Source of the DNA: an uncultured Arcobacter sp.
GTDB taxonomy: Bacteria > Campylobacterota > Campylobacteria > Campylobacterales > Arcobacteraceae
Length of the DNA stretch: 64,000 nt
Direction of reading: 5' to 3'
NCBI GenBank assembly: GCA_965140705.1
Contig: OZ223300.1
Coordinates: forward strand, 256,001-320,000
Position 1 is the first letter of the stretch, and each line of letters begins with the position of its first letter. A program made the position numbers and the translations under genes. Under the pieces are notes generated by a model. It was given only the letters and a program-made list of their open reading frames with translations. It ran no database searches and was not told the origin of the DNA. Below are positions 39,238-49,806 of this stretch, piece by piece.

Positions 39238-39293
39238 TTGTATAAAATCTATACAGAGAAGACTTTAAATTAAATATAAGGATAAGATATACT
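39238..39293 (+). promoter_or_regulatory. Glucosylglycerate operon promoter: TTGTATA-N5-TATACAG box + -10
   Basis: TTGTATAAAATCTATACAG at 39238-39256; TATACT at 39288, 6 nt before ATG. Confidence 0.6.
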
Positions 39294-39299
39294 AAAGTA

Positions 39300-40088
39300 A
39301 TGTTACAAAAAGATACTAAAACGGATTATTTGATTTTTACAGATTTAGATGGAACACTTTTGGACCACAAAACTTATGAATTCAATGAAGCTAAAGAGAT
39401 GCTTGAATTTATAAGTAAACAAAAAATACCTCTAATAATTGTCACAAGTAAAACAAAAGATGAGGTTATAGAATTACAAAAAAGACTAGGTATTTCTTAT
39501 CCTTTTATTATAGAAAATGGGGCTGGAATATTTATTCCAAAAGAGAAAAGTTTTGAGCTAATTTCTTTAGGTAAAAGTTATGAGACTACTATTACTTCCT
39601 TTAAAAAATATTCAAAAGAGTTCCCTATTAAGGGATTTCATGAAATGAGTGATGAAGAGGTCTCTTTATATACAGGACTTTCAAAAGATAAATCAAATAA
39701 AGCAAAAAAAAGGACTTTTAGTGAGCCTTTTATTTTAAAAGATGAGATGAATATAGAAAAGTTGAAACAATTAGTTTTAGAAGATGGCTTTGATGTGGTA
39801 AAAGGGGGAAGATTTTATCACTTAATTACTTTTGGACAAGATAAAGCAAAGGCAGTAATTGAGATGAAAAAGTATTATGAAAACTTGTATAATAAAAGTT
39901 TTAAAACAATTGCTTTAGGTGATGGTGAAAATGATATTAGCATGTTAAAAAGTGTAGATATCCCCATTTTAATAAAAAAGTATGATGGTACTTTTATAAA
40001 GTGTGAAATAAATAATCTTATAAAATCAAAATTTATTGGGCCAAAAGGTTGGAATGATAGTTTAAAAAAGGTATTAAATGTTAAATAA
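39300..40088 (+). CDS. HAD-IIB glucosyl/mannosyl-3-phosphoglycerate phosphatase (GpgP/MpgP)
   Basis: FTDLDGTLLD, TSKT, ENGAG, FSEPF, GGRFYH, DKAKA, GDGEND. Confidence 0.88.
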   Translation: MLQKDTKTDYLIFTDLDGTLLDHKTYEFNEAKEMLEFISKQKIPLIIVTSKTKDEVIELQKRLGISYPFIIENGAGIFIPKEKSFELISLGKSYETTITSFKKYSKEFPIKGFHEMSDEEVSLYTGLSKDKSNKAKKRTFSEPFILKDEMNIEKLKQLVLEDGFDVVKGGRFYHLITFGQDKAKAVIEMKKYYENLYNKSFKTIALGDGENDISMLKSVDIPILIKKYDGTFIKCEINNLIKSKFIGPKGWNDSLKKVLNVK

Positions 40089-41361
40089 AAAAGAGTTAGA
40101 AGATATTTTTTTATCAGTATTAGAAGAGATTAACCCAAAAGAACTTATAAAAAAACAGTGTAAGTTTGAAAATGATAGATTTTATATAAAGGATGAATCT
40201 ATTGAGATAATAAAAAATAGAAAGATTCATATCTTAGGTTCTGGAAAAGCAGTACTTAGTATGGCTGAAGCTTTATATGAAATTATGGAAGATAAAATTG
40301 AAAAAGCTCTTTTAATAGGAGCTTATGAAAATAACTTTAAAAAACAAAATCTTACATATATAAAAAGTACCCATCCAATACCTAGTGTTAAAAGTGTAGA
40401 AGGAGCAAAGGCTTTAATAAAAGAGTTTGAATCCCTAGATGAAGATGATTTTTTTATATATTTATTATCAGGAGGAAATTCTGCTTTAGTAGAACTTCCA
40501 GCAGATGAAATAAGCCTTGAAGAGTTTCAAAAAACAACAAAATTAATGTTAGAAAACTCTATGCCTATAGAATCAATAAATTGTGTAAGAAAACATATCT
40601 CTCAAGTAAAAGGTGGAAGATTAGCAAGTCTCACAAAAGCAAAAGGAGTAGTTTTAACTCTAAGTGATGTTTTAGGGGATAATTTAGAAGCTATTGGTTC
40701 AGCACCTCTTTATTTTGATAGTACAACTTTCAAAGATGCTTTTGATGCCTTGCAAAAATATAATATCTTTGAGAAAGTACCTAATTCTGTGCAAAACTAT
40801 ATTAAAAAAGCTCTTAACTCAAAAGAATTAGAGACTCCAAAGAGTGAATCTTCAAAGATAAAACACTATTTAGTAGGTTCAAATGACATCTTACTCAATG
40901 TTGCCAAGAATCTTTTAGAAAAGAAAAATCTAAATCCAATCATAGTAGATGAAAAGATAGATGATGATGTTGAAATTGTATGTAAAAATCTTTTGCAATT
41001 TTGTAAAGAAAAAAAAGAGGGTTGTTTTATTTTTGGTGGAGAAGCAACTGTAAATGTTAGTGGTAATGGAAAAGGTGGACGAAATCAACATCTTGTTTTA
41101 AGTTTCTTAGATTCTTATCCAAAAGATCAAAATATAATCTTTTTAAGTGGGGCAAGTGATGGGATAGATGGAAATTCTGATGCTTGTGGAGCGATAATAG
41201 ATAAGAATACATTAAAAAAAGTAGAAGAGTTGAATTTAGATATAAAAGCTTATATGAAAAATTTTGATTCAAATACTTTTTTTGACAAATTAAATCAACT
41301 TTTAAAACCAGGTCCAACACATAATAATATGCTTGATATTGTGATTATACTTATAAATTAA
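40078..41361 (+). CDS. Glycerate kinase, MOFRL (class II) family
   Basis: GSGKA, THPIP, LLSGGNSAL, RKHISQVKGG, SDVLGD, GGE, GGRNQ, DGIDG, GPTHNN. Confidence 0.9.
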   Translation: MLNKKELEDIFLSVLEEINPKELIKKQCKFENDRFYIKDESIEIIKNRKIHILGSGKAVLSMAEALYEIMEDKIEKALLIGAYENNFKKQNLTYIKSTHPIPSVKSVEGAKALIKEFESLDEDDFFIYLLSGGNSALVELPADEISLEEFQKTTKLMLENSMPIESINCVRKHISQVKGGRLASLTKAKGVVLTLSDVLGDNLEAIGSAPLYFDSTTFKDAFDALQKYNIFEKVPNSVQNYIKKALNSKELETPKSESSKIKHYLVGSNDILLNVAKNLLEKKNLNPIIVDEKIDDDVEIVCKNLLQFCKEKKEGCFIFGGEATVNVSGNGKGGRNQHLVLSFLDSYPKDQNIIFLSGASDGIDGNSDACGAIIDKNTLKKVEELNLDIKAYMKNFDSNTFFDKLNQLLKPGPTHNNMLDIVIILIN

Positions 41362-41381
41362 ATAAAACAAAGGAGATAAAA

Positions 41382-42593
41382 ATGTCTGATTTCTTTCAAA
41401 ATGGTGTGATAACAACTTTACAAAAATTAGGGGATAGAACACTTGAAGATATGGAAAGAGAGCTTGAGAAGTTTAGTCAAAGAAGAGGAATGGTTCTTTT
41501 ACTTCCAGCTCTTTATTCAGAGTTTCAAACTCCCTCTATGCATAAAATCATAGATGAATTAAAAAATGTGAAGTACCTTTATAAGATTATATTAGGACTT
41601 GACCAAGCTACAAAAGAGCAGTTTGAAGAGGTAAAAAAACTTATGTCTATACTTCCTTGTAAGGTTGATATTTTATGGAATGATGGACCAAACATTAAAG
41701 AGCTTTATAAAGATTTGACAATAGAGGGTTTTCCTGGACTTGAGACACCTGGAAAAGGAAGAAATGTTTGGACAATGATGGGTTATGGTTTAGCGGACAA
41801 GGACGCCTATGCTTTTGCACTTCATGATTGTGATATTGTAAATTATAATAGAGAGATTCCCGCTAGACTTTTTTTTCCAATAGTTCACCCAGCACTTGAT
41901 TTTGAGTTTAATAAAGGTTTTTATTCAAGGGTTACAAATAAACTTCATGGAAGAGCTACAAGGTTGCTTTATACTCCTTTATTAAACTCACTTAAAAAAG
42001 TTTATGGAGGGAGTAGGTATTTAGACTATATGGAGAGTTTTAGGTATTCCTTATCGGGAGAATTTTCATTTATAAGATCTCTTGGGCGAGGTATTGGTAT
42101 CTCTCCTACTTGGGGATTAGAAGTTTCTACATTAAGTGAAGTTTATAAAAATACTTCAAATAGAAGAATCTGCCAAACAGAGATAATGGAAAGCTATGAA
42201 CACAAACACCAAGAATTAAGTAGTCAAAGTGAAGGTGGTGGTATTTATAAAATGGCAAATGACATTGCAAAAACTATTTTTAGAGTTATGGCACAAGAGG
42301 GAGTAGTTTTTTCTTCTAGTTCTTTTAAAACCTTACTTGCAACATATTTCCAAGAGTCAAGATTTGAAATATCAAAATATAATGCACTAAGTAAATTAAA
42401 CGCATTAGATTATAATAGGGAAAAAGAGATTGAAGCTGTAAATACTTTTCAAGATGCTATAAAAAAAGCAGCAGAAGAGTTTTATGAAGATCCTATGGGG
42501 ATTCCATCATTATCATCTTGGATTACAGTTCGTTCTGTTATGCCAGAATTTTCTGCAAAATTTATAAAATATGTAAAGGAGGATAATGCATGA
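41382..42593 (+). CDS. Glucosyl-3-phosphoglycerate synthase-like glycosyltransferase (GpgS)
   Basis: MSDFFQNG start, GKGRNVW, HDCDI, KGFYSR, GRATRL, YSLSGEF, WGLEV, YEHKHQ; context with phosphatase. Confidence 0.82.
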   Translation: MSDFFQNGVITTLQKLGDRTLEDMERELEKFSQRRGMVLLLPALYSEFQTPSMHKIIDELKNVKYLYKIILGLDQATKEQFEEVKKLMSILPCKVDILWNDGPNIKELYKDLTIEGFPGLETPGKGRNVWTMMGYGLADKDAYAFALHDCDIVNYNREIPARLFFPIVHPALDFEFNKGFYSRVTNKLHGRATRLLYTPLLNSLKKVYGGSRYLDYMESFRYSLSGEFSFIRSLGRGIGISPTWGLEVSTLSEVYKNTSNRRICQTEIMESYEHKHQELSSQSEGGGIYKMANDIAKTIFRVMAQEGVVFSSSSFKTLLATYFQESRFEISKYNALSKLNALDYNREKEIEAVNTFQDAIKKAAEEFYEDPMGIPSLSSWITVRSVMPEFSAKFIKYVKEDNA

Positions 42594-44338
42594 AAGGACC
42601 AAAACATATATCAGATTCCAAACATACTATAAATAAAAGACTTCATCGTTTATACCCAGAAGAGATAGCACAAAGGGCTGTAAATGATATCATTGATTTA
42701 ATTTTTAAATATAAACAAAGAATTAAACCAAGTGATTATCGTCTAAGCCAAAAAGATATTATTTTGATAACTTATGGTGACCAAGTATCAAAACTTCATG
42801 AACCATCTTTAGAGACTTTGAATAATTTTATGAATGACCATCTAAAAGGGGTAATAAATTCTATTCATATTTTACCTTTTTATCCATATTCAAGTGATGA
42901 TGGCTTTTCAGTTGTTAATTATAATGCCGTTGATCCTCATATGGGTTCATGGAGAGAAATTGAGTCAATAAGTAAAGATTATAGACTTATGGTAGATGGA
43001 GTTATAAATCACATCTCTCAATTTTCTGATTGGTTTAAAGCCTATTTAGCAGGTGATCCATATTTTCAAGATTTTTTTATCAATGTTGATCCTTCAATTG
43101 ATTTAAGTAAGGTTGTTCGCCCCAGAGCAACACCCCTTTTAAGTGAATTTATTGATGATGAGGGGAAGATAAAAAATATTTGGACAACCTTTAGTAAAGA
43201 CCAAGTTGATTTAAATTACAAAAGTCATAGGGTTTTACGAAATGTTTTAGATGCACTTTTTTATTATATAGAAAAAGGGGCAACCTTAATTAGACTTGAT
43301 GCTATAGCATTTATTTGGAAAGAGATAGGAACCTCTTGTGTTCATCTTCCCCAAACCCATGAACTAATACAACTCATGCGTGAGGTTTTACATGAAGTGG
43401 CACCTGAAGTTATTATTATTACAGAAACAAATGTTCCCCATAATGAAAATATTTCATACTTTGGAAGTGGAGAAGATGAGGCTCAGATGGTATATAACTT
43501 TGCTTTGCCTCCTTTATTATTACACTCGATTCTAAACTCAAATACTAAAAAACTAACTGCATGGGCGAAAACTTTAACTCTTCCTAGTGATAAGGTTTGT
43601 TTTTTTAATTTTACTGCAAGCCATGATGGGATAGGTATGCGTCCTATAAAAGGTATTTTAGAAGATGAAGAGATTGAAAATCTAGTAAAAACTGTAGAAG
43701 ACCATGGGGGATTAGTATCTTATAGAGCAGAAGAAGATGGAAGTCAGACTCCATATGAATTAAACTGCTCTTATATAGATGCTCTTACTCACCCAAAAGA
43801 AGATCAATACTTAAGAGTAAAAAGAATGTTAGTAACTCAAGCAGCTGTTTTAGCAATGCCAGGTGTTCCAGGAATTTATTTTCACTCTTTGGTGGGTTCT
43901 AAAAATTATCATGATGGGGTTAAACATACAGGTGTAAATCGTACAATAAATAGAGAAAAATACAATATTGATTGGTTGGAAAATGAACTTTCAAGTCAAG
44001 GAACTCTTGCAAAAACAATGTTTGATTCATATAAAAGACTTATATCTATACGAATAAGTGAAGAAGCATTTAATCCATTTGGAGAGTTTGAAATTCTAGA
44101 TTTAGATGATAGGCTTTTTGTTATAGATCAATCTTGTTGTGGTAATGAAAATAGAATTGTAGCAATACATAATTTCTCAAATGAAGAGGTTATGTGTAAG
44201 TTACCTGTTTCTATTTCCTTACCACTTTGTGATATACTTTCTTCAAACTGTATGTCAAAAAATGAAGAAAAAACAGAAAAAATGAATGAAATAAAATTAG
44301 AGCCATATCAAATTATGTGGCTAAAAGGCAAAATTTAA
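42590..44338 (+). CDS. Glucosylglycerate phosphorylase (GH13_18)
   Basis: LITYGD, HILPFYPYSSDDGF, RLDA nucleophile, ITETNVP and PYELN (Asn/Glu typical of GG phosphorylases), ASHDGIG. Confidence 0.82.
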   Translation: MKGPKHISDSKHTINKRLHRLYPEEIAQRAVNDIIDLIFKYKQRIKPSDYRLSQKDIILITYGDQVSKLHEPSLETLNNFMNDHLKGVINSIHILPFYPYSSDDGFSVVNYNAVDPHMGSWREIESISKDYRLMVDGVINHISQFSDWFKAYLAGDPYFQDFFINVDPSIDLSKVVRPRATPLLSEFIDDEGKIKNIWTTFSKDQVDLNYKSHRVLRNVLDALFYYIEKGATLIRLDAIAFIWKEIGTSCVHLPQTHELIQLMREVLHEVAPEVIIITETNVPHNENISYFGSGEDEAQMVYNFALPPLLLHSILNSNTKKLTAWAKTLTLPSDKVCFFNFTASHDGIGMRPIKGILEDEEIENLVKTVEDHGGLVSYRAEEDGSQTPYELNCSYIDALTHPKEDQYLRVKRMLVTQAAVLAMPGVPGIYFHSLVGSKNYHDGVKHTGVNRTINREKYNIDWLENELSSQGTLAKTMFDSYKRLISIRISEEAFNPFGEFEILDLDDRLFVIDQSCCGNENRIVAIHNFSNEEVMCKLPVSISLPLCDILSSNCMSKNEEKTEKMNEIKLEPYQIMWLKGKI

Positions 44339-44358
44339 AAAGAAAAAAGGATAAATAA

Positions 44359-45210
44359 ATGAACGCTAAAGATAAAACAATAACAAGTTGTCTATTTCCA
44401 GCAGCTGGATATGGAACAAGATTTCTTCCAGCAACAAAAGCTATGCCAAAAGAGATGTTACCAGTTCTTACAAAACCCTTGATTCAGTATGGAGTTGAAG
44501 AGGCTATGGAAGCTGGTTGCGACATTATGTCTGTTATTACAGGGCGAGGTAAAAGAGCTATAACAGATCATTTTGATATCTCTTATGAGTTAGAACACCA
44601 AATACAAGGTTCTTCAAAAGAGAAAATGTTAGCTGATATTAGAAATATTATTGATAAATGTACATTTACTTATACTAGACAAAATGAGATGAAAGGTTTA
44701 GGTGATGCCATATATAAAGGTAAAGTTTTAGTAGGAGATATTAATCCTTTTGCAGTAATTCTTGCAGATGACCTTTGTGTAAATCCAAAGGGTGATGGTA
44801 TTTTAGCTCAAATGGTAAAACTTTATAATAAATATAAATGTTGTATTGTAGCTTGTATGGAAGTACCTAAAGAAGATGTACATAAATATGGGGTAATAGA
44901 AGGTAATCAAATAGAAGATGGTGTTTTTATGGTATCAAATATGGTTGAAAAGCCTGATAATGATAAAGCTCCATCAAATTTAGCTGTTATAGGAAGATAT
45001 ATTTTAACACCAGATATTTTTGAAGTAATTCAAAATACAAAACCTGGTAAAAATGGAGAGTTACAAATTACTGATGCTTTATGTACACAAGCAAAAAAAG
45101 GCATGGTAATGGCTTATAAATTCCAAGGAAAAAGATTTGATTGTGGTAGTGTTGATGGTTTTGTTGAAGCTACAAACTATTTTTATAATTTAGAGAATAA
45201 AAAGAAATAA
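44359..45210 (+). CDS. galU: UTP--glucose-1-phosphate uridylyltransferase
   Basis: PAAGYGTRFLPATKAMPKEML, GLGDA, VEKP, GELQITDA. Confidence 0.95.
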   Translation: MNAKDKTITSCLFPAAGYGTRFLPATKAMPKEMLPVLTKPLIQYGVEEAMEAGCDIMSVITGRGKRAITDHFDISYELEHQIQGSSKEKMLADIRNIIDKCTFTYTRQNEMKGLGDAIYKGKVLVGDINPFAVILADDLCVNPKGDGILAQMVKLYNKYKCCIVACMEVPKEDVHKYGVIEGNQIEDGVFMVSNMVEKPDNDKAPSNLAVIGRYILTPDIFEVIQNTKPGKNGELQITDALCTQAKKGMVMAYKFQGKRFDCGSVDGFVEATNYFYNLENKKK

Positions 45211-45211
45211 A

Positions 45212-46672
45212 ATGAATACAAAAAATAATCTATGTGATTTTATTCTTTTTGGTGGACATGGTGATTTGGCATTTAGAAAACTTATGCCTGCACTTTATCA
45301 TCTATGTAAAGATAAATATATCTCAAGTGAAAGTAGAATAATAACAGTCTCAAGAAAAGAGATAAGCATAGATGAACACATAAAGCTTATAGAAGATAAA
45401 TTAAATGAATTTTTAAGTGAAGAAAAGATTGATGAAGAGTTTTTCAAAATCTTTAAAAAACAACTTCTTATGGTAACTATAGACTTTGCAGATGAAAAAT
45501 CATATGAAAAATTGCAAACTATTTTAAATGAACATAGTGATAGAGAGAGAATAAATTATCTATCAACTTCACCTGATTTTTTTGGAACTATTTGTAAGTC
45601 ATTAAATCACTGGAATTTAATAAGTCAACAAACAAGAGTTGTACTAGAAAAGCCTTTAGGAAGAGATTTAAAATCATCGCAAGAGATAAATAAAGAGGTT
45701 TTAAAATACTTTGAAGAGGATCAAATCTATAGAATTGACCACTATTTAGGTAAAGACACCGTTCAAAATATTATGGCTTTGAGATTTTCAAATAGACTTT
45801 TTGTTCCACTTTGGAACTCTAACCACATAGACCATGTACAAATAACAGTTGCAGAAAGTGTTGGTGTTGAGAATCGTTGGGGTTATTATAATGAGTATGG
45901 AGCCTTGAGGGATATGATTCAAAATCACCTTATGCAACTACTTTGTCTAATCGCTATGGAGCCTCCTTGTTCACTTGAAGCAAATAGTGTAAGGGATGAA
46001 AAAGTAAAAGTATTGCGTTCTTTTAGAAATATAAATGATGAAGATATCAAAACAAAAACGGTAAGAGCTCAATATAAAGCTGGTTCTTCAGATGGAAAAA
46101 CAGTTCCAGGGTATCTTGATGGAAAAGAGGAAGGAAGTAATACAGAAACTTTTGCAGCCATTAGAGTTGATATAGATAATTGGAGATGGAATGGAGTACC
46201 TTTTTATATAAGAAGTGGTAAACGTCTTCAAAGAAGAAATTCTGAGATTGTAATTCAGTTTAAAACTATTCCTCACTCTATATTTGGTGAAGATGAGACT
46301 TCAATAAATGCGAATAGATTAGTAATAACTTTACAACCAAAAGAGAGTATTGAGTTAAAGCTTATGAATAAAATCCCAGGGTTAAGTGATAGTATGAAAC
46401 TTCAACAAGTGGATTTAGAACTAAACTCACCCCATAATAGTGATAGAAAACCTGATGCCTATGAAAGACTTATTTTAGATGTGGTTCGTTCTAATCCTAC
46501 GCTTTTTATGAGACTTGATGAGGTAGAAACTGCTTGGAAATGGGCAGATAAGATTATAGAGGGTTGGGAAAAGAATCTCTCACCTATGAAAACCTATACA
46601 GCTGGAAGTGATGGACCAAGTGCCGCTATTCAATTAATCGCAAAAGATGGAAGAAGTTGGAATGATGAATGA
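45212..46672 (+). CDS. zwf: Glucose-6-phosphate 1-dehydrogenase
   Basis: GGHGDLA, LEKPLG, RIDHYLGK, RDMIQNHL, WNGVPFY. Confidence 0.96.
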   Translation: MNTKNNLCDFILFGGHGDLAFRKLMPALYHLCKDKYISSESRIITVSRKEISIDEHIKLIEDKLNEFLSEEKIDEEFFKIFKKQLLMVTIDFADEKSYEKLQTILNEHSDRERINYLSTSPDFFGTICKSLNHWNLISQQTRVVLEKPLGRDLKSSQEINKEVLKYFEEDQIYRIDHYLGKDTVQNIMALRFSNRLFVPLWNSNHIDHVQITVAESVGVENRWGYYNEYGALRDMIQNHLMQLLCLIAMEPPCSLEANSVRDEKVKVLRSFRNINDEDIKTKTVRAQYKAGSSDGKTVPGYLDGKEEGSNTETFAAIRVDIDNWRWNGVPFYIRSGKRLQRRNSEIVIQFKTIPHSIFGEDETSINANRLVITLQPKESIELKLMNKIPGLSDSMKLQQVDLELNSPHNSDRKPDAYERLILDVVRSNPTLFMRLDEVETAWKWADKIIEGWEKNLSPMKTYTAGSDGPSAAIQLIAKDGRSWNDE

Positions 46673-47357
46673 ATTTAAAGAATTTTTTTCAAGTGAAGAA
46701 TTAGCACAAAACCTAGCTTCTGATATTGCTTTAATATTAAAAAATAGTATAGATACTTTAGGAAAAGCTACTCTTTTAGTATCAGGGGGAAATACTCCAA
46801 AACTATTTTTTCAAAAACTTTCAAAGATAAACATTCAATGGGAAAAGGTAACCATTGGATTAGTAGATGAAAGATGGCTTGAAAATGATTCTAAAGATAG
46901 TAATGAGTTTTTAGTTAAAGAAAACTTACTCGTAAATTTTGCTAAAGAAGCTCATTTTATAGGGCTTTATGTAAAAGGAGTTAGTGCAAATTCTGCCCAA
47001 AAGATTTGTTCAAAGATTTATGAAAAAGAGTTTGAAAGAATTGATGTACTAATTTTGGGAATGGGTACTGATGGACATACTGCCTCATTATTTCCAAATA
47101 ATGAAAGACTAAAAGAGGCTTATGATTTAAAAAATGAAAACGTTTGTATCTCAATTGAGCCAACAACAGTTCCTTATACAAGAATGAGTTTAATATTAAA
47201 GAAAATTTTAGAAGCTAAAAATATAATATTACACATAGAAGGAAAAGAAAAGCTTGAAGTATACAATAGTGCTATAAATGCAAAAGATATTTATAAATAT
47301 CCAATAAGCTCAGTTTTAAGTCAAACTGACAAAAAAATAAAGGTTTATTACTCATGA
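46665..47357 (+). CDS. pgl: 6-phosphogluconolactonase
   Basis: SGGNTP, DERW, LGMGTDGHTASLFP; start moved to overlap zwf stop. Confidence 0.93.
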   Translation: MNEFKEFFSSEELAQNLASDIALILKNSIDTLGKATLLVSGGNTPKLFFQKLSKINIQWEKVTIGLVDERWLENDSKDSNEFLVKENLLVNFAKEAHFIGLYVKGVSANSAQKICSKIYEKEFERIDVLILGMGTDGHTASLFPNNERLKEAYDLKNENVCISIEPTTVPYTRMSLILKKILEAKNIILHIEGKEKLEVYNSAINAKDIYKYPISSVLSQTDKKIKVYYS

Positions 47358-49174
47358 ATAAAACAATAGAAGAAGTAACAAACAAAATAATAAAAAGATC
47401 CCAAAAAAGTAGAAAGATTTATCTATCTAGAATAAATGAAGCTAAAAAAAATAGTGTAAATAGGACAACTTTAGACTGTGCTAATTTAGCCCATGCTATT
47501 GCTCCAATGACCAATGAAGAAAAAGCTTATTTAAGCGATATGAAATCTTTTAATATGGGAATTGTAACAGCTTATAATGATATGTTATCAGCCCATGAAC
47601 CCTATGCTGCATATCCTGATATCTTAAAAAAAGAGCTTTTAAAACATAGTTCGACTGCTCAAGTTGCAGGTGGAGTTCCAGCAATGTGTGATGGGGTAAC
47701 TCAAGGGCAAGCAGGTATGGAATTATCACTTTTTTCTAGGGATAATATAGCTATGGGAACTGCAATTGCCTTGAGCCATAATACTTATGATGGAGCATTT
47801 TATTTGGGAATTTGTGACAAGATTGTTCCCGGATTAATGATTGGGGCTTTGAGTTTTGGACATTTACCAGCTATTTTTGTACCATCAGGTCCTATGCCTT
47901 CTGGTATTTCAAATAAAGAAAAAGCAAAAGTGAGACAAGAGTTTGCCCAAAACAAAGTAGATGAAAAAGCACTTTTTGAAGTGGAAAAGGCATCTTATCA
48001 TAGCTGTGGAACCTGTACTTTTTTTGGAACAGCAAACTCAAATCAAATGCTTTTGGAGATGATGGGCTTACAACTTCCTAATGGCTCTTTTGTAAATGCA
48101 AATACACCTTTAAGATATGCTTTGACAAAAAAATCAGCCCAAACTCTTATAAACTTATGTGAGAAAAAAATATCAATATCAGATATTGTAAATGAAAAAA
48201 CTTTTGTAAATGCAATTATTGGACTTATGGCAACAGGAGGTTCAACAAACCATACTATTCACTTAATTGCCATGGCAAAAGCAGCTGGGATAGTTCTTAC
48301 TTGGGAAGATTTTGATGATATTTCAAAAGTTACGCCATTACTTTGTAAAATGTATCCAAATGGAAGTGCAGATGTAAATCACTTTAGAGATGCGGGTGGG
48401 ATGAGTGTAGTTATAGCCCAACTTCTTGACTTAGACTTAGTTCATAATGATGTTCAAACAGTTGTTGGACATGGTTTAGATAATTTTATCAAAGAACCAA
48501 TTTTACAAAATGATGAACTGGTTTTTAATGATGGAGAAAAAAGTTCAAAAAATATAGAAGTAATCTCAAGTGCTAAAACTCCTTTTTCAAAAGAGGGTGG
48601 ATTAAAACTTTTAGTGGGAAATCTTGGTAAAAGTGTTATAAAAACTTCAGCTTTAAAAGAAGAGTATCTTTATATAAAAGCACCAGCAGTTGTATTTAAT
48701 TCACAAGAAGAGTTACAAAAAGAGTTTGTACAAGGAAAACTAGAAAAAGATTTTATTGCAGTTATAAGATATCAAGGGCCAAAGGCAAATGGAATGCCAG
48801 AACTTCATAAATTAATGCCTCCCCTTGGAGCCTTACAAGATAAGGGTTTTAAAGTAGCGATTATAACAGATGGTAGAATGTCAGGGGCTTCTGGAAAAGT
48901 TGCCTCTGCAATACATCTTTATCCTGAGGCTATTGAAGGTGGACTTATAGCAAAAATTGAAAATGGTGATATGATAGAGATGGATGTAAAAAATGGCACA
49001 ATAAAACTTCTAATTGATAAAGAAGTTTTAGAAAAAAGAGAAGTTAAACAGATAAATTTAGAAAAAAACAGACATGGTTTCGGACGAGAACTATTTTCAA
49101 GTATTAGAGAAAATGTAAGTTCAAGTGAAACCGGAGCAACTATTTTTAAACTTGTAGGAGAAGAAAACTTATGA
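47354..49174 (+). CDS. edd: 6-phosphogluconate dehydratase
   Basis: NDMLSAH, VPAMCDG, CDKIVPG, GTCTFFGTANSNQ, GGSTNH, TDGRMSGASG. Confidence 0.96.
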   Translation: MNKTIEEVTNKIIKRSQKSRKIYLSRINEAKKNSVNRTTLDCANLAHAIAPMTNEEKAYLSDMKSFNMGIVTAYNDMLSAHEPYAAYPDILKKELLKHSSTAQVAGGVPAMCDGVTQGQAGMELSLFSRDNIAMGTAIALSHNTYDGAFYLGICDKIVPGLMIGALSFGHLPAIFVPSGPMPSGISNKEKAKVRQEFAQNKVDEKALFEVEKASYHSCGTCTFFGTANSNQMLLEMMGLQLPNGSFVNANTPLRYALTKKSAQTLINLCEKKISISDIVNEKTFVNAIIGLMATGGSTNHTIHLIAMAKAAGIVLTWEDFDDISKVTPLLCKMYPNGSADVNHFRDAGGMSVVIAQLLDLDLVHNDVQTVVGHGLDNFIKEPILQNDELVFNDGEKSSKNIEVISSAKTPFSKEGGLKLLVGNLGKSVIKTSALKEEYLYIKAPAVVFNSQEELQKEFVQGKLEKDFIAVIRYQGPKANGMPELHKLMPPLGALQDKGFKVAIITDGRMSGASGKVASAIHLYPEAIEGGLIAKIENGDMIEMDVKNGTIKLLIDKEVLEKREVKQINLEKNRHGFGRELFSSIRENVSSSETGATIFKLVGEENL

Positions 49175-49794
49175 ATGCAAATGATGTAATGAAAATATCA
49201 CCAATAGTACCAGTTATTGCCCTTGATGATATAAAAGATGCCTTGCCTTTAGCAAAAGCTTTAAGTGAGGGTGGAATAAATATTATGGAGATAACTTTAA
49301 GAACAAAAGCTGGACTTAAAGCTATTAATCTTATCTCAAAAGAGATGCCATCTATGAATGTGGGAGCTGGAACAGTTTGCAATAATGTTGATTTGATGGA
49401 AGCAAAAGCAGTAGGTGCAAAATTTGTATTTTCTCCTGGAATTTCTCAAGAGTTAATAGATAGTGCAAAAAAATATAAGATGACAATTATTCCAGGAATT
49501 GCAACCGCTTCAGAAGTTATGCTTGCTCAAAATAATGGCATTTATAATTGCAAATTATTCCCTGCAATAATAAGTGGAGGAGTTGATATTTTAAAAGCTT
49601 TTCAAGGCCCTTTCCCAAAAATGAAGTTTTGTCCCACAGGTGGAGTAAATTTAGAAAATCTAAATGACTTTTTATCTTTAAAAAATGTTTTGTGTGTTGG
49701 TGGAACATGGATTATTCCAAAAGATATTATAAAAAGTGGTGATTTTGATAAGATTACTGAGTTATGTATTGAGGCACTGGCAAAAATAAAATAA
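49171..49794 (+). CDS. eda: KDPG/KHG aldolase
   Basis: EITLRT, GAGTV, KLFPA, FCPTGGV. Confidence 0.95.
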   Translation: MNANDVMKISPIVPVIALDDIKDALPLAKALSEGGINIMEITLRTKAGLKAINLISKEMPSMNVGAGTVCNNVDLMEAKAVGAKFVFSPGISQELIDSAKKYKMTIIPGIATASEVMLAQNNGIYNCKLFPAIISGGVDILKAFQGPFPKMKFCPTGGVNLENLNDFLSLKNVLCVGGTWIIPKDIIKSGDFDKITELCIEALAKIK

Positions 49795-49806
49795 AAGGAG
49801 ATTATT

